DNA of 64,000 nucleotides. Source: Cyanophora paradoxa CCMP329 (Eukaryota > Plantae > Glaucophyta). The stretch covers positions 1-64,000 of the forward strand of contig QPMI01000198.1 of assembly GCA_004431415.1 (NCBI GenBank), in the 5' to 3' direction. Of the stretch, positions 60,284 to 64,000 are shown piece by piece. A program made the position numbers and the translations under genes. The notes under the pieces were generated by a model, which was given only the letters and a program-made list of their open reading frames with translations, had not been told where the DNA came from and ran no database searches. The number at the start of each line of letters is the position of its first letter. Position 1 is the stretch's first letter.

Positions 60284-61279
60284 ATGCCGAAGGCAATTTT
60301 GCAAGCAGCCGCGGCAAGGCGGCCGCGGCCAGCGCAGTGCCGACTCGGCCAGTGTGGAAAGCCCGACTGTTCGCATCAGCCAAGATAGCCGGGCCGGAGC
60401 ACAACGGCCCGTCGTGCGGCCTGGAGGTGGAGTTCGAGAACGGCCCGCCTAGCGGACGGGAGGATCTGGTGGCGAAAGCGAAAGCTAAAGGCCTCATCAA
60501 TAGCAACCCAGGCGATGTCGTCGTGACGAGGTGGACCCCGGAGGGGCGTTTCGATCTCGTACTGCCTGTGAGTCGTCGCCACGCTCTCCCAGGACGCTGA
60601 TGGCGCTGACACGCCAGCGCCCGCACAGGACACGAAGTTCGTATACAGTGCGGAGCAGCCCCAGTTCGTGCTGAGTCCGCGCGGCGAGGAGTTGCTTCCC
60701 GACACGTTCAAGCTCGTCCCCTGGCAGCCCGGGCCGCCCCCGGTAAGCTGCAGCGCATTGACATGTGCGCGGGTTCCGTTGAAGTCGGGGCACGCGCAGA
60801 TCGCTCGCAAGAGGGCCGGCAGGGGCGCGCGCTCGGACGAAGACCACGACGAAGACGAGGACGGCGAAGGAGCGGGGCTGCGGAAGAAGAAGGCGAAGCA
60901 CCCCACCACGTATGCTCATATAGAGTGGTTAAAGGCGGGCGGCGACACGGAGGGCGTCTTCAACGGGTGGAATGTCGACCAAATCTCGAACGCGGTGCGC
61001 ATGCGTGCGCGCGCGTGCGCGCGCCGGGCCGGCCCCGTGCACGCCCTGATCGGAAGCGCGCAGATGAAGCAGAGGCAGATGAACCAGAAGAACGTGGATC
61101 GCTTCATCCGCGCGATCCGCTGGCTGCACTACGGGATGCCGGAGGGCGACGCGTACAAGCACGGGGAGTACACCGCACCTGCAAGCGAGTTCAAAAGCGA
61201 GAAATACAGAATGAGATGTGGGAGGAGTGCAGGAGCACCACCCGACGAACGCGTCGCGCAGCGAAACAAACTTTTCTAG
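60284..61279 (+). CDS. Hypothetical spliced protein, probably transposon-associated
   Basis: Canonical introns join coding-like exons with an acidic/basic patch (EDHDEDEDGE..LRKKKAK). Lies in a lower-GC block next to the integrase remnant; the start is uncertain. Confidence 0.4.
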
Positions 61280-61368
61280 GACTTCTGGTTTGTCGATGTC
61301 TGCTTTTACATCCCCAAAACCTGTGCATTCCCGTCATCACTGCATGAATTACTGTGAATTCGTAGCAT

Positions 61369-62641
61369 TCACGCACCGTCCGCCCACTCTCCAGTAAGGG
61401 GCACGACATCGTCTGGCGGAAAGAGGTGGTACGCAGCTGGTGTGCGGTCTTGGAGCATGGACCCGTACACGACGATGCCAGCAGCTGTTTTTACTGCGTA
61501 GTTCGGAACCGTCGCCACCTGACGCACCTCTATGATGACTGCGGGCATGCGGCCATCCTCCAGGATGCTCCTGTCCGCCTTGGCAATCTTCAGAGCCACG
61601 AGCTGCGAGCACAGCATATGTCATTCATGTCGAATTCCTAGACATTTCTGGACGCACGGTGCCGACGCTGAGGGGAGTGATGATCCCGTTAGCAGCATTG
61701 GCCGCCGCGATCTGACGGTCTCGGTACTGCAGCAGACGATCTCGGAGCTCGGAAACCTGTGCGTCGTACAGCTCCTGGTTTTTCTGCGCAATTGTTAGCC
61801 CCGTGGGATCCAGTGGGGCCGGGGTAGGATTCCGGGATGGATGCACCAGGTACGCGTAATGAATACCCATGAGAGTCCCACGTACGTGCCCTCCAAGATG
61901 GTGGCTCTTGGCCCGCTCGAACTCCTCGTTTGCAAGGCCTGCTTCCTCGTCCTCCATCTCCGCGGCTTCCTGGTCTGCTGCGACACCAGCGTCGCTCAGG
62001 TCGACGTACGCATCATCGTCGAACTCCTTCTCCTTCTGCTCTGACGTTCGCATGTCCACGTTTGCTCCACAGCTCTGCAGAATTCAGTCAACCCATATAT
62101 AATTCACAGAAATTCATTCGAGGAAAGCGCGGAGACTCACCTCGAGGTCCCCGTCAATGTTGAGATTGAAGCCCCCCGTGTGCGGGCTCAGCGATGGCAC
62201 GAGCACATTGTGCCGTACGGTGCCTTCACGGTTGTAGAGAGCCTGGAAGGGCGTCCTTCCGTGGCCCTTCTTGAACACCGTGGTGTTCATCGCCCACTGC
62301 ACCTGAGCAGCCGAAAGTAAGTACAAGCCGTAGTATTAATAACAGTACCGCAAGATTGGTGGAGTACCGCAGGCAGGCCGAGAACCCAGTTCTTTGTACC
62401 GTTCAGGAAGCACCATGAGGCGACGCGCCTCCCTACTATCCTGTTCCCCCGCTCCACCGAACCTACGAATGTGCATGAATGCTCCATGAATGCGCAGCGG
62501 AATCGAAAGTTCGCACCCTGAGACTGCGGGTGGTTCGGGCGGCCGTGGCGGAAGTCGACATCCTTGCCAAGCACCATCTTGATCTTGTCGATTAGGTGGT
62601 GCATGACCTGTTTGAAAAACGATTGAAGGTGTGCCGCCCAC
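61369..62641 (-). mobile_element. Ginger2/KRBA2-SCAND3-like DDE integrase remnant with introns
   Basis: GGTPSIVFQT, RHGRPNHPQSQG/SVERGN, NWVLGLPAV/QWAMNTT..TPFQALY, and a C-terminal VALKIAKADRS..PAVIIEV..YAVKTAAG module. The expected DNGxEF segment is absent, so it is probably inactive. Confidence 0.75.
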
Positions 62642-63694
62642 TTTCCGACTCCCAGCTAGCCCTGGTCGTCGGCTCTAAGCCGGCAGCTTGCCTTGCCTTG
62701 TACCCTTTGTAGCCTGCTATTCCTGGTGCCACGTTGTTGCCAACTGGCCCGCTTATTTTAGCCCTGGGCCCTCGCTTGCCCTGCGCGGCGCTCGCTTGCT
62801 GTCTGTCGACGTCCTTGTTCTCTTGTTCTCTCTGTCTTACGCTGGCTCTGCGCCTGCTGTGTACGTAATGGCACCCGCTTGCCGCCGCCCTACGGTGCCG
62901 TACGGGCCTGTCCCTCTCTGCTTGGGGCGCCTCTGGGCCTAGCCAACTGCTTAGCGCATCCCGCTCAGCGCATGGGGGCTGCTGCGTTGGGCTTCGACTT
63001 TTTAGCTCGTATGCCTGGGGACGAACGCTGCGCTCTTGCCCGAACCCCTGGACAAGCACGCCATCGTTTGCCTCGGCTTGCGCGTACGGCCTCCACTCTC
63101 TTGTAGTGGGAAGCGCCTATGCGGCAGAGCTTAGCAATACTAACCGCATGGTTCATGCCTTTCCACCCGCCACTGCGCCTTTCTTGCTTACGGACCTGGC
63201 GCACCACTCTTTCTGTAGTGGGAAGCGTCCGCCAATCCGTCTATTGAGCCGCATGCGCTCACAGTCATCTAAACGTGCCGTGGCTGCGCTCAAGAGCAAA
63301 TGCTGATGCAGCCCGCGCGCATGTCGAGTGAAACTGTATTGCATTGTATCGGGGGACGACACCACAACGTACTACTAAATGTATTGTATGTGGAGCAACA
63401 CCCTCTACATCTACACACGTCGTCATTACGATCGAATTGCGTGTTGACGCCGATCGAATGATGATCTTGTTGTCGTCGTGGCATGTCGTTTCTTCCCTGG
63501 TCCACGTGCAGTGAGACGTATGATGATTAAAGCTGTCTGACTGAGTATTCTTCACAAACATACCTTCTTTTCGTCGTCGTCTTGTTTTGTCGAGTTGCCC
63601 GCATGCTCGTGACATGCCAGGCTCGCAAGGCAGCTATGAAGCGCCAGTCAACCAATCTTTGCTCTCTGCAGAAAGTACAGAGTCAGCCCGCCAA

Positions 63695-64000
63695 GACGTG
63701 AATGCCCTGGGATAACATGGCCCCAGTCCGCGCCCGAGGTCTCACCTACGACGGCTGCGATGGCACCTCCGGCTAGCCCGAGGCACGCTCAATGGTGGCG
63801 AGTGTATCTGAAGAACGCATGGAGTCAAACCGCTGCGACGTGAAAGCCCCTGGGATAACAAGGCCCCAGTACGCGCCCGAGGTCTCACCTACGACGGCTG
63901 CAGTGGCGCCTGCGGACCTCCCGAGGCACGCTCAGCGGCGGCGAGTGGCATCCCTCGTGAGGATCACTCCACTTGACTCCACCCTGCATCCAGAGGACGT
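63695..64000. repeat. ~115-bp imperfect direct repeats separated by unrelated 27-43 bp segments; a third copy may start at the window edge
   Basis: gacgtgaa..ccctgggataaca..cccgaggtctcacctacgacggctgc..cccgaggcacgctca occurs at 63695 and 63837. gacgt is at 63996. Confidence 0.75.

Noticed and set aside
63097-63225. tgtagtgg matches to the TIR start as the integrase element's terminus
   Set aside because: Only 8-9 bp match, occurring as an internal direct repeat, which is insufficient.

Overview
GC-rich eukaryotic (protist/algal) nuclear DNA with dense genes and many short (~50-90 nt) spliceosomal introns, many using GC-AG boundaries. The raw ORF track is therefore mostly artefact, and the gene models below were spliced by eye, so exon boundaries are approximate. 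Recognisable genes: the 5' end of VPS13, a beta-helix+BTB protein, an SCI1-like protein, a GH31 (MYORG-like) glycosidase, a duplicated F-box/LRR/ankyrin locus (one copy decayed), a QRICH2/DUF4795-like coiled-coil protein, a possible degenerate kinesin-like protein, a WD40 protein, a beta-lactamase-like + GHL10 glycosyl hydrolase fusion, an F-box/LRR protein, a secreted IPT/TIG protein, a GLUE-less VPS36, PGAP3/Per1 and HEI10. Mobile DNA includes a ~5.2 kb TIR-bounded element carrying a TlyA fragment and an 88-bp satellite, an intron-containing Fanzor (TnpB-like) remnant with a candidate omegaRNA, and a Ginger2/KRBA2-like integrase remnant. The most striking item is a heavily spliced type-1 (microbial) rhodopsin at 51746-55842: signal peptide, 7 TM helices, RYVDW, DLFAK retinal lysine and a D-S-C motif. 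Its frame continues through spliced exons into a basic linker and a BAH-like (chromatin-reader-type) domain, a rhodopsin-BAH fusion I do not recognise from described architectures. A glaucophyte-like host (e.g. Cyanophora) is only a low-confidence guess.
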